Positions 54,927 to 63,933 of a DNA stretch of 64,000 nucleotides are shown one piece after another. Made by a program: the position numbers and the translations under genes. Numbering within the stretch: the stretch's first letter is position 1; the number at the start of each line of letters is the position of its first letter. A model generated the notes under the pieces. The model was not told the origin of the DNA. It ran no database searches and saw nothing but the letters and a program-made list of their open reading frames with translations. This stretch comes from Acutalibacteraceae bacterium (GTDB lineage Bacteria > Bacillota > Clostridia > Oscillospirales > Acutalibacteraceae): assembly GCA_045616815.1 (NCBI GenBank), contig JAZLHN010000173.1:10564-74563 (forward strand). Reading direction: 5' to 3'.

Positions 54927-55688
54927 ATGGCGGAGTTTGAAAACGTTTCCATCATGCTCGGAGCGGTGGACGAGACCGATTCTCTGCGCGCCACCGTACA
55001 TACGATCCTCGATCTGTGCGGGCATAAGGATATAAAAGAATTCATCATCGGCTATTCGCAGCACGTAACGCCGGAATGTAAGGCGGTCGTGGATGAGCTT
55101 GCCGCCATGGGGGGCGACGTGCCCGTCGTCACCTTCATGCAGACGCGCAAGGGCATTGAGGCTCTCACCGAGATGATCGATATCGCGCGCGGCTCGCACT
55201 GCCTGCTGCTTTCCTCCGACCTCGCGCATGACCTGACGAGCGTCGTCACGCTGATCGAAGAAGCGAAAAAGGACGGCGACACGATCGTTTCTTTTTCCCG
55301 GTGGCTGAAGGGTTGTGAGTTCTACGGCTACGGAAAAGTGAAATATCTGTTCAATTTCGCGGCACAGCAGCTTCTCAAGATCATGTTCGGAGCGAAGCGC
55401 ACCGATTTTACGAATCCGTGCCAGATCGTGCCGACGAAGGTCTATCAGTCGATAATCTGGGAGAGCGAGGGTTTTCCGATCCTCATAGAGCTCGTTCTCA
55501 AGCCCATGCGCCTCGGCTGCCGTTTTAAGGAAGTGCCCACCAACTGCTATCAGCGCAAACAGGGAAAATCGAAAAACTCGTTTAAGCAGACCGCGCTTTA
55601 CTTGAAGACGGCCCTGCATATCCGTTTTATGAAGAAAAAAGAAATTCTGAAAAAGGATTCGGAACTTTATAAAAAATATTATGGCTGA
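54927..55688 (+). CDS. Small soluble GT-A/DPM1-like protein with a degenerate DxD (paralogue 3 of 3)
   Basis: LLLSSDLAHDL, SRWLKG...GYG...TDFTNPCQIVP and QRKQGKSKNS are present. Its stop overlaps the start of the next radical SAM gene. Confidence 0.55.
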   Translation: MAEFENVSIMLGAVDETDSLRATVHTILDLCGHKDIKEFIIGYSQHVTPECKAVVDELAAMGGDVPVVTFMQTRKGIEALTEMIDIARGSHCLLLSSDLAHDLTSVVTLIEEAKKDGDTIVSFSRWLKGCEFYGYGKVKYLFNFAAQQLLKIMFGAKRTDFTNPCQIVPTKVYQSIIWESEGFPILIELVLKPMRLGCRFKEVPTNCYQRKQGKSKNSFKQTALYLKTALHIRFMKKKEILKKDSELYKKYYG

Positions 55689-57624
55689 ATCAAAGAAAAA
55701 CGTTTATTTCCTTCAGGTCAATTTCCCATACGGAAAAACGGCGCATCTGCCTTACACGGCGGGGGCGCTGACGGCGTATGCCATGGCGGATGAACGCGCG
55801 GCGGAAGCCTATGCGCTGCGGGATATTTTCTTTTTGCGGGAGGAACCCGATAAGCTGCTCGCAAAAATAAAGGATCCCGACGTGATCGGCTTTTCGACTT
55901 ATATATGGAATTTCGAATACAATAAATTTATCGCCCGGGAGATCAAAAAGCGTTATCCCGGCTGCACCGTTATTTTCGGCGGACATCACGTTCCGCCCGG
56001 CGGGGAGCTGCTGGAGAAATGTCCTTTTATTGACTTCCTGATCCACGGCGAGGGCGAAGAGGCGTTTAAGAACCTTTTGCTGTACGCGGCGGGATACGGC
56101 ACTCTTCCGGAGATCGCCGGTATATCCTACCGCTCGGGAAACGGCGTCGTGACGACTCCGAACGGCGTGTGCGCCGCCGGCGATACGATCGACTACCCGT
56201 CGCCGTATCTGAACGGTTATTTTGATAAAATACTCGATGAAAACAAAGACCTCACGTTTATGGCGCTGATCGAAACGACGCGCGGCTGCCCCAATTCCTG
56301 CTCTTACTGCGATTGGAGCAATATGAAATCGCGCATCCGCAAATTCCCGCTCGAACGGGTATTCGGTGAGATCGACTGGGTAAGCGAACATAAAATTTAC
56401 GGTCTCGGCTCGGCGGATTCCAATTTCGGTATCTTTGAGCGCGACGAGCGCATCACCGACTATATCATCGAAAAGTTTCTCAACAACGGCTATCCGAGAG
56501 GCTATCAGACCTCTTACGCCAAAAACAGCAACGAGCGCATTTTCCGCATCGGCTGCGCGCTCGAAAAATATCATCTGAGCAAGGGCATCACCCTGTCGTT
56601 TCAGTCTATGGACGATACGACGCTTGCGAATATCGGCCGTAAGAACATCTCCGTCAACAGCTTCCGGGAGCTGATGGATATGTACAACGCCGCCGGTATC
56701 AGCACCTATACCGAGCTCATTCTCGGTCTGCCCGGAGAGACTTATGAGAGCTTCACCTCCGGTATCGAAAGACTGCTCGAACTCGGTCAGCACAATTCGA
56801 TCTATATCCACAACTGCGAGTGGCTGCCCTGCTCGGTGATGGGCACCCCGGAGTATGTTGAAAAATATAAGATAAAGACGGCGAAGATCCCGCTCAATCA
56901 ACCGCATATAGAGGGCGACGCGGCGGACGGCATCCCCGAATATTCCCGTCTTGTGATAGCCACCTGCTCCATGACGGAGGAGGACTGGATAAACATGAAC
57001 CTGTTTTCGTTCACGGTGCAGTGCTTCCACCATTTAGGGCTGTTCCAGCTTTTCGCGCTGTACCTTTACAACGAAAAAAACGTAGGGTACGGGGAATTTT
57101 ACAATAAGACGCTTTCGTGGCTGCTTACTTCCGATAACGCGGCTTCGCGGGTGATGCGCGAAATAAAGAGGCGGCTCACCGATATCGTGAACGGCGTGCC
57201 CGGCGCGGCCTTCGTTGCGGAGGATGAGCGCTTCGGCAAGGTGCGCTGGCCGTTTGAGGAATATCTTTTCCTCTGCGCCGTGCGGGAGCTTGACGCGTTT
57301 TACGCCGCCGCAGAAGAATTCCTTGCGGGATTTTTCGGCGATGATCCCGTTTTCCCGGAGCTCATGCGCTTCCAGAGGGCAATGATCAAACGCCCGTTCA
57401 ACAAAGAAACGGAAATATCCTCGGACTGCGATTTCGAGACGTATTTTCTGAACGCGCTCGAAAACAGACGCGTTCCGCTGAAAAAAGAAAAACATACGAC
57501 GGCGATCAAAGCCGTTTATTACGACGACTGGACGTTTTACGCGAAAAAAGTGGTCTGGTTCGGCAGAAAAGAAAACAGAAATATCTACCTCGGCGAAAAC
57601 GGCGAACGCAGCGAGGAGAAATAA
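55681..57624 (+). CDS. B12-binding-domain-type radical SAM enzyme, clade A (A2)
   Basis: KKNVYFLQ...HLPYTAG, IFGGHH, HGEGE, TTRGCPNSCSYCDWS and YAKKVVWFGRK. Confidence 0.85.
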   Translation: MAESKKNVYFLQVNFPYGKTAHLPYTAGALTAYAMADERAAEAYALRDIFFLREEPDKLLAKIKDPDVIGFSTYIWNFEYNKFIAREIKKRYPGCTVIFGGHHVPPGGELLEKCPFIDFLIHGEGEEAFKNLLLYAAGYGTLPEIAGISYRSGNGVVTTPNGVCAAGDTIDYPSPYLNGYFDKILDENKDLTFMALIETTRGCPNSCSYCDWSNMKSRIRKFPLERVFGEIDWVSEHKIYGLGSADSNFGIFERDERITDYIIEKFLNNGYPRGYQTSYAKNSNERIFRIGCALEKYHLSKGITLSFQSMDDTTLANIGRKNISVNSFRELMDMYNAAGISTYTELILGLPGETYESFTSGIERLLELGQHNSIYIHNCEWLPCSVMGTPEYVEKYKIKTAKIPLNQPHIEGDAADGIPEYSRLVIATCSMTEEDWINMNLFSFTVQCFHHLGLFQLFALYLYNEKNVGYGEFYNKTLSWLLTSDNAASRVMREIKRRLTDIVNGVPGAAFVAEDERFGKVRWPFEEYLFLCAVRELDAFYAAAEEFLAGFFGDDPVFPELMRFQRAMIKRPFNKETEISSDCDFETYFLNALENRRVPLKKEKHTTAIKAVYYDDWTFYAKKVVWFGRKENRNIYLGENGERSEEK

Positions 57625-57647
57625 CTTATATGAAGGAGGGGAGCCGT

Positions 57648-59180
57648 ATGCAGCGTTATGACGCGATCGTGATCGGCGCGGGCAACGGCGGTCTTGCCGC
57701 CGCGGCGGCTCTCGCCAAGGGCGGCAAAAGGGTCGCTCTGTTTGAAAAGAACCGTACTCCCGGAGGTGTCGCCACGTCCTTCCGGCGCGGTCGGTTCGAT
57801 TTCGAGGTGTCGCTGCACGAGCTGTGCGGCTTCGGAAGAGACGAAAACCGTTCCGGCAGTGTCAGAAATCTTTTCGACTTCCTCGGTATATCCGATAAGA
57901 TCGGGTGGGCGGACGTGCCGGAGGCCTACAGGATCATTACCTATGACAGTCCCGATAATATTGATGTAACGATGCCCTTCGGCATAAACGAATATATCGA
58001 CGCGATGGAAAAATTCGTTCCCGGCAGCCGCGCTGATATCAAAGCGGCGTTCGATCTCGCCGCGGAATATCTGGCCGCCACCGCCGCGTTGGGCGCGGCG
58101 AAGAGCCCGGCGGAAGCGGTCGAAACGCTGCTTCGGTATCCGGATTTTCTGCATACCTGCTCCATGAGCGCGGACGACGGCATCGAGGCGGTGGGCTTGA
58201 AGGGAAAAGCCGCCGATATTTTCAGGGGGTACTGGGCGTATCTGTGCGCCGATTGTAACGATCTTACCTTTCTTCACTATCTGAGCATGGTGAATTCCTA
58301 TATCGAACTGAAGTCCGTCATCCCAAAAGGGCGCAGCCTGGAAATGACCCTGGCGCTCTCGGAGTGCATAGAGGAAAACGACGGAAAACTTTATCTGAAC
58401 ACCGAGGTCGGGCATATCCTCGTGAAGGAGGGCAGGGCTTACGGCATCGTTACCGCCAACGGCAGGGAATATGAAGCGGACGATATCATCTGCGATCTTT
58501 CTCCGCACACCGTGTTCGGAAAGATGATCGCCCCGGAGCATATCACCGAACGCGATACGAAAAAAACGAATGCGCGCGAGCTCGGCGGCAGAGGCTTCTG
58601 CGTGTTCCTCGGGCTGAACAAGTCCGCAAAGGAACTGGGACTCAACGAATATTCCTATTTTATCTATCCCGACATGGACACCGTGAAGCAGGTAAAAAAC
58701 ATGGCGTCCCCCGAAACGAACGGCGTACAGAATACGGTGTGCATCAACGCCGCCGACCCGGACGCTTCCCCGGAGGGCACCTGCATCCTCACGATGACTA
58801 CGTTATTTACTTCCGATTGGTGGGACGGACTCACTGCGGAGGAATATTATAAAGCCAAAGATGCGTTCGCCGAAAAAATGGTGAAGACGTTTGAAAAAGC
58901 GACCGGCGTGAACGTGCGCGATCATATCGAGGAGATCGAGATCGCCGCGCCCGCCACCTTCGCGCGGTATATGAATTCTCCGCAGGGCTCCATTTACGGT
59001 TATAAGGAATCCGTGCGGGACAGTATGTTCGCGCATAAGCTCATGGACAAAAAATATACCGATATAATCGGTCTGGAATTTGTGGGCGGTTTCGGTATGA
59101 ACCTGAACGGCTATTCGTCCGCGTTCGGCACGGGATTTTCCAAGGCGAAATATATATTATCCCGTGACGGTCTTCTGTGA
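57648..59180 (+). CDS. FAD-dependent oxidoreductase, phytoene-desaturase (CrtI)/amine-oxidase-like
   Basis: The N-terminal dinucleotide fold is YDAIVIGAGNGGLAAAAALAKGGKRVALFEKNRTPGG. The length is about 510 aa. SD aaggagg precedes ATG 57648. Confidence 0.65.
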   Translation: MQRYDAIVIGAGNGGLAAAAALAKGGKRVALFEKNRTPGGVATSFRRGRFDFEVSLHELCGFGRDENRSGSVRNLFDFLGISDKIGWADVPEAYRIITYDSPDNIDVTMPFGINEYIDAMEKFVPGSRADIKAAFDLAAEYLAATAALGAAKSPAEAVETLLRYPDFLHTCSMSADDGIEAVGLKGKAADIFRGYWAYLCADCNDLTFLHYLSMVNSYIELKSVIPKGRSLEMTLALSECIEENDGKLYLNTEVGHILVKEGRAYGIVTANGREYEADDIICDLSPHTVFGKMIAPEHITERDTKKTNARELGGRGFCVFLGLNKSAKELGLNEYSYFIYPDMDTVKQVKNMASPETNGVQNTVCINAADPDASPEGTCILTMTTLFTSDWWDGLTAEEYYKAKDAFAEKMVKTFEKATGVNVRDHIEEIEIAAPATFARYMNSPQGSIYGYKESVRDSMFAHKLMDKKYTDIIGLEFVGGFGMNLNGYSSAFGTGFSKAKYILSRDGLL

Positions 59181-59189
59181 GGTGCCCCG

Positions 59190-60167
59190 ATGAAACACGA
59201 CAGTATATCACTTCAAAAGGATTTAGAGGCGTTTCGGAATATCACCGCGGGCAGGCTCGCGCTCTTCGACGCCGCCTCCTCCGACCCGATAAAAGCCCCG
59301 GAGGGCGTGAATGTGCTGGCAAAAGAACTGCATCCGGACTGCCTCCGTCTTACCGTTTCGGCAAAAACGGAGGATGGCGACGGTACGCTCACGCTGACGC
59401 TGGGATGCGAAAACGGAAAGCTTCCGTTTTTCCGTGCGGGGCAGTATATCAATATCCTTTGCGGAGAGAATATATATCCCTTCTTCCTGAGCGGCGCGCC
59501 GTCCGACGCGCTGAAGGGAAGCTATGAAATAAGCGTTGAAAAAGAAAATGCGGTTTACGGCTTTTTCTCCGTGCTTAAAGAGGGCGCTCCCCTCGTTTCG
59601 GGCGCGCCGATGGGGTATTTTTATCGTCAGCCGCTGCGGGACGGTGTTTCCTCGGCGGTGATCGCCGACAGCACCGGCCGGGGCGCGGCGCTCTCCATGC
59701 GGCACAATGAAAACACCGATATTTTTCTGTGTGAGAGTACACAGTCTGTTCCCGCCGCCGAAGAGATAAACGCCGACACCGTTTTTCTCTGCGGCAAAAA
59801 GGAATTCTGTGAAAAGGCGGAAGAAATATTCTCCGACAAGCACGTCCGGACATTATATACCGACGCGCCCGTGAAAAACGCGCAGCGTGAAAAATTCACC
59901 TGCACCGTTATTTGCGGTGACGATACGTTTTCGTTCGATTGCTTTTCGGACGAGCCGCTGATGACCGCGCTTGAAAAAAACGGCGTGAGGCTTTTCAATA
60001 AATGCCGCACGGGCGACTGCGCTTTCTGCCGCGCAAGGCTCATAAACGGAACGGTTTCCCATGCTTTTGACGGCGAAGACGATGCGCGCCGCAAAGCCGA
60101 TATCAAATACGGCTATATCCACCCCTGCCGCGCTTTTGCCGAAAGCGACGTCACCTTAAAATACTGA
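59190..60167 (+). CDS. Ferredoxin-reductase-like protein with a C-terminal plant-type 2Fe-2S ferredoxin domain (flavin/NAD motifs degenerate)
   Basis: FRAGQYINI is an FAD-barrel-like motif. The C-terminal CRTGDCAFC...(about 32 aa)...HPC gives a CX4CX2C...C ferredoxin pattern. Confidence 0.6.
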   Translation: MKHDSISLQKDLEAFRNITAGRLALFDAASSDPIKAPEGVNVLAKELHPDCLRLTVSAKTEDGDGTLTLTLGCENGKLPFFRAGQYINILCGENIYPFFLSGAPSDALKGSYEISVEKENAVYGFFSVLKEGAPLVSGAPMGYFYRQPLRDGVSSAVIADSTGRGAALSMRHNENTDIFLCESTQSVPAAEEINADTVFLCGKKEFCEKAEEIFSDKHVRTLYTDAPVKNAQREKFTCTVICGDDTFSFDCFSDEPLMTALEKNGVRLFNKCRTGDCAFCRARLINGTVSHAFDGEDDARRKADIKYGYIHPCRAFAESDVTLKY

Positions 60168-60188
60168 TCTTCCGCGAGGAAATATTTT

Positions 60189-62012
60189 ATGAAAACACTT
60201 TTTATCTCCGTACCGCAATGGTACCCGATGAATCCGTATCTTTCCGGAGCGATCCTTGTCGGTCAGCTCAAAGCCGCCGGGTATGAGGCCGCCTCCTACG
60301 ATCTGAATATCGAATTTTTCAACGACGTTCTGAAAAGGGATTTCGTTGAAAGCAGCCTGGAAAACGCGAAAGTGCAGCTTCCGGCACTGAAAGAACTGGC
60401 GGACGGCCTTGACGAGCCCGAAAAAAATTTCAATACCTATTCCAAGGACGTGCGTACACGCCTTCTGCGGTATAAAACGATCGCCGGGTTTCTTGCGAAC
60501 GAAAACGGTCATGCAGAACGCACGATCGAAAACGTGGAGGACTCCGTAAGCGTACTGAAGGACAAAGAGCGGTTTTACGAGCCGGAAACGCTGTTCCGCG
60601 CCAAGGATACTCTTGTTGACGCGCTGAAAATCATATCTTTGCCCTACGCGCCGTCGAAGATCATGCTCGACAATTTCATTGCCGATCCGGTCATGTCGTT
60701 TTCCTTTGACGATGTGAAAGATCAGTGCTTCGATCCGTTCCGCAATATGTTCATCCCGTATTATGAGCACAAATTCAGCGAGATCCCGCTCGACGGCTGC
60801 GACCTCATCGGCATTTCGATGACCGATTTAAGCCAGCTCATCCCCGCGCTCACCCTCGGCAGGATGATAAAAGAGCGCACGGACAAAAAGGTGTGTATGG
60901 GCGGCAACTACGTCTATAAGATCATCACCGAGATCAAGGAAAATCCCGAGTTCTTTTCGCTTTACTGCGATTTCGTTTCCGTGGGCGACGGGGAGACCGC
61001 CGCTGTGGAGCTGGCGCAGTATATGAACGGCGAAAGAGAGCTTAAGGACGTGCATTCGCTTGTATGGTGCGAAAACGGCACGGTGATCACGAACGAAACG
61101 GCGCCCTTGCTCGATCTCGATGCTCTCTCTTATCCCGATTTCGGCGATTACGATTTTTCAAAGTATTTTTCCCCCGATATCGTTTTGCCCGTGCAGCTCG
61201 GCAAGGGCTGTTACTGGAGCAAATGCACGTTCTGCGATTTCTACACGGGACAGCAGAAATTCGATATGAAGAGCGTTTCCCATGCCGCCGACGAGGTGGC
61301 GTATCTCGTGAAGCGCTATGACGTTTCTCATTTTATTTTCGTGGACGAGGCAGTGCCCGCACCGTTTTACGACAAATTCGTCGATGAACTGAACGCCCGC
61401 GGCGTCCATATCCGGTTCTATTCGTTCGCGCGGCTCGATAAAGGCTTTACCAAGGGGCTGCTCAAAAAACTGCACGATAACGGAGCTCAATTTTTCTCAT
61501 GGGGCTACGAAGCGGAATCTCCGCGTCTTCTCAAGCTCATGAACAAGGGCATCGACCCTGAGGTCAGGACGCGCATCCTGCGGGATTGTGTGGAGATCGG
61601 TATGTGGACGCAGTGTACGTTTTTGCTGGGTTTCCCCACCGAAACACCCGAGGAGCTGCAGTCCACCATCGACGTGATCGAGGACCGAATGCTCATCAAC
61701 AGCTGTACGCCATCGAATTTCGCGCTCAAAAAGAACGCCATTCTCAAAAATGAGTTGAATTCCGTGGGCATCACCGATTATCGGTCCAACGGCGATTTCC
61801 ACGTTTCGTGCAGCTATCATTCCCTGAATACGACCATGGAAAAGGTAAAGCACGACCGCATGACCTTTGAACGCCGCTTCCTTGCCGAAACGGCGGACAG
61901 TATGTGGAGCCTCGGCTTTACCGACACCGATCACCTGCTGCTCTATTTATCCAAATACGGCAGAGATTACGTCAGGGATTATCGCCTGAAATATAAAAAA
62001 GAGCAGCCGTGA
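60189..62012 (+). CDS. B12-binding-domain-type radical SAM enzyme, clade B (CX4CX2C)
   Basis: MKTLFISVPQWYP, IGISMTD, MGGNY, VGDGE, GKGCYWSKCTFCDF and LLLYLSKYGRDYVRDYRLKYK. Confidence 0.8.
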   Translation: MKTLFISVPQWYPMNPYLSGAILVGQLKAAGYEAASYDLNIEFFNDVLKRDFVESSLENAKVQLPALKELADGLDEPEKNFNTYSKDVRTRLLRYKTIAGFLANENGHAERTIENVEDSVSVLKDKERFYEPETLFRAKDTLVDALKIISLPYAPSKIMLDNFIADPVMSFSFDDVKDQCFDPFRNMFIPYYEHKFSEIPLDGCDLIGISMTDLSQLIPALTLGRMIKERTDKKVCMGGNYVYKIITEIKENPEFFSLYCDFVSVGDGETAAVELAQYMNGERELKDVHSLVWCENGTVITNETAPLLDLDALSYPDFGDYDFSKYFSPDIVLPVQLGKGCYWSKCTFCDFYTGQQKFDMKSVSHAADEVAYLVKRYDVSHFIFVDEAVPAPFYDKFVDELNARGVHIRFYSFARLDKGFTKGLLKKLHDNGAQFFSWGYEAESPRLLKLMNKGIDPEVRTRILRDCVEIGMWTQCTFLLGFPTETPEELQSTIDVIEDRMLINSCTPSNFALKKNAILKNELNSVGITDYRSNGDFHVSCSYHSLNTTMEKVKHDRMTFERRFLAETADSMWSLGFTDTDHLLLYLSKYGRDYVRDYRLKYKKEQP

Positions 62013-62035
62013 GACTGCTCCCGAAAGGACACGCT

Positions 62036-62713
62036 ATGAAAAAGATCGTCGCATTGCTGACCGTTCTTATTACGGTGCTGTGCCTCGCCGCGTGCGGGGA
62101 ACCCGCGGAAAAAGAAGAAATATCCACCTATATGGTGGAGACCGAGCCGGAGGAGACCATCACGGTGTTCGTCGAATATCCGTCGATCGACGAGATGTCG
62201 CCGAAGACCATCGACGTCGAAAAAACGCAGGTGCCCATGGAACTGCCGTTTACGTTCAACGCCGATAAAATCAGAAGATACACTCCCATCCGGGCGGAGG
62301 ATTCCTTCGATCCCGATACCTATGCGCAGGAGATCTATAAGCACGGATCGGATCAGTATTTCGTCTTCTCGGACAGGATGGCGTTCGTCATTCTCACCGA
62401 CAGCGACAATGCGAAAAAGCGCACCTATGTTTATTCGGCGTACTATAACGAAGACGGCAGGCTTTTCTACATCGGCGACGACGTTTACAGCTGGTATTAT
62501 AACGAGGCGGGCGAGGTCGATATCATCGCCTATACCTATTATTTTGAGGATGTCGAGGTCGGTACCACGTTTTACGACGCTGAGGGCAAGCGCATCGGCG
62601 CGATCACGGACGGGCTGTATTACGACGCCGATCTGAACGTATACAACCGCAACGATGAGATCCTTCTTTTGCAGCGTCTCGGCGCGGTGGCGGAGATATT
62701 CAAGGCAGACTGA
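62036..62713 (+). CDS. Lipoprotein with Tyr/Asp-rich (YwqK/MORN-like) repeats
   Basis: It has a signal peptide with lipobox LCLAAC-G and repeats YYNEDGRLFYI, YYNEAGEVD and FYDAEGKRIG. It is the last gene of the operon. Confidence 0.6.
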   Translation: MKKIVALLTVLITVLCLAACGEPAEKEEISTYMVETEPEETITVFVEYPSIDEMSPKTIDVEKTQVPMELPFTFNADKIRRYTPIRAEDSFDPDTYAQEIYKHGSDQYFVFSDRMAFVILTDSDNAKKRTYVYSAYYNEDGRLFYIGDDVYSWYYNEAGEVDIIAYTYYFEDVEVGTTFYDAEGKRIGAITDGLYYDADLNVYNRNDEILLLQRLGAVAEIFKAD

Positions 62714-62716
62714 AAA

Positions 62717-62758
62717 GATCCGATATCCCGGCAGCGGGATATCGGATCCTGTTTTTTT
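62717..62758. terminator. Bidirectional rho-independent terminator
   Basis: gatccgatatcccg-gcag-cgggatatcggatc is followed by ctgttttttt. Confidence 0.8.
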
Positions 62759-62770
62759 AATTGAGGAAGA

Positions 62771-63535
62771 TCATATGAAAAACGCTTCCGCTTTTTCTTT
62801 CAAAGTGTTCGTTACGGGTTCGCCGCATAAATACAGCGCAGCGTAGCAGCCTGCCCATGCGATAAGACAAACGCAGACCAAAGCGTTATCATCCGTTGCC
62901 AGGCTGTAAACGAAGGAAGCAAAGGTATTTACGGCGGCAAGCAGATAGACCGTATGGAGTCTTTCGGGATATTCCCGAGCTTCGGCGGCCTTTTTCTTTT
63001 TGCTCTGAGCCGCCTTCTTTGTTCTTATAAGCGAAAAGCTTTTGAAAAATACGAACGCGCCGAATGCCGCAAACAGAAACAGAAGGCCTCTGACGGCATA
63101 GCCGAACACGCTCTCTCTGCCATCTTCGGAAAAAGCGGAAAATTCCAGACTTTTTGAAAATCCGATCACAAACGGGATAAAAGCGGCGCCGTCAAGCGCG
63201 AATGCGGCTGCGCGGCATATCCTGCCGGCGGTGTCCGCGCGGTCGATATTCTTAAACAACCATATAATAAGCAGGGGAGGAAATATCAGATAAGAGCAGG
63301 GCAGAAGAAAGACACTTGCCGTTACGACTGCCGCCGTGCAGAGGATAAGGGAAACGAGTCCGTTGTTTATTGCCGTCATAACGATCGCGCAGACGGCGAA
63401 AACCGAAAGGAAGACGATGCTGTCCTTCTGCGGATAGAAAAGCGGATCATAATTATACGTTTTTACGGCGTAGATCGCCGCCGCGGCTGCCGCGGCAAGA
63501 AAGACAAAGCTGAGAATGATTTTTGATTTTTTCAT
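62771..63535 (-). CDS. Polytopic membrane protein, unknown function
   Basis: 254 aa with about 7 hydrophobic helices. I recognise no motif. Confidence 0.45.
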   Translation of the reverse strand: MKKSKIILSFVFLAAAAAAAIYAVKTYNYDPLFYPQKDSIVFLSVFAVCAIVMTAINNGLVSLILCTAAVVTASVFLLPCSYLIFPPLLIIWLFKNIDRADTAGRICRAAAFALDGAAFIPFVIGFSKSLEFSAFSEDGRESVFGYAVRGLLFLFAAFGAFVFFKSFSLIRTKKAAQSKKKKAAEAREYPERLHTVYLLAAVNTFASFVYSLATDDNALVCVCLIAWAGCYAALYLCGEPVTNTLKEKAEAFFI

Positions 63536-63549
63536 GCGGCCGTCCTCCT

Positions 63550-63933
63550 TTACACGTACGGATCGAGGATCGTCAGCGCGTAGATGAAAAAGTACGCCGT
63601 ACCGACGACGGGTGAAAAACCGGAAAAATAATCCTTTATGATGCGCCAGTCTTCTTTATTGTCGTAAAGAACGTAAAGAGTGAGCGTGAACAGACACAGG
63701 AAGCCGTGCGCGATCCAGCGGACGGAATCCGTGGAAATGAAAAGCGAACAGAAAGCGGCGAGCGGAAACATGAAAAAGAAACAAAGATAAGTAAAGCGAA
63801 GCAGCGCATTGCCTTTTGCTCCCCGGAACTTTTTTACGGCGAAAATATAAAATAATATCAGCAGAGGGAGCAGGATCAGCAGCAGTACGGCTGCCTCGAT
63901 GATAACGTCCTTTATGATACTGCCGGTCTTCAT
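63550..63933 (-). CDS. Small membrane protein, unknown function
   Basis: 127 aa with 4 hydrophobic helices, upstream of and co-oriented with 62771-63535. Confidence 0.4.
   Translation of the reverse strand: MKTGSIIKDVIIEAAVLLLILLPLLILFYIFAVKKFRGAKGNALLRFTYLCFFFMFPLAAFCSLFISTDSVRWIAHGFLCLFTLTLYVLYDNKEDWRIIKDYFSGFSPVVGTAYFFIYALTILDPYV

Noticed and set aside
16975-62012. Interpretation of the radical SAM cluster as a RiPP (proteusin, sactipeptide or ranthipeptide) gene cluster.
   Set aside because: I found no precursor-like ORF in any intergenic gap. There are no SPASM or twitch extra Cys clusters, no leader peptidase and no ABC exporter. All non-radical-SAM genes are sugar or envelope related. 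ORFs under 60 aa inside the gaps were only checked by eye, so this is not absolute.
12400-62760. Whole locus as a prophage or integrative conjugative element.
   Set aside because: No integrase, recombinase, capsid, terminase, relaxase or T4SS genes are present, and no flanking direct repeats were seen.
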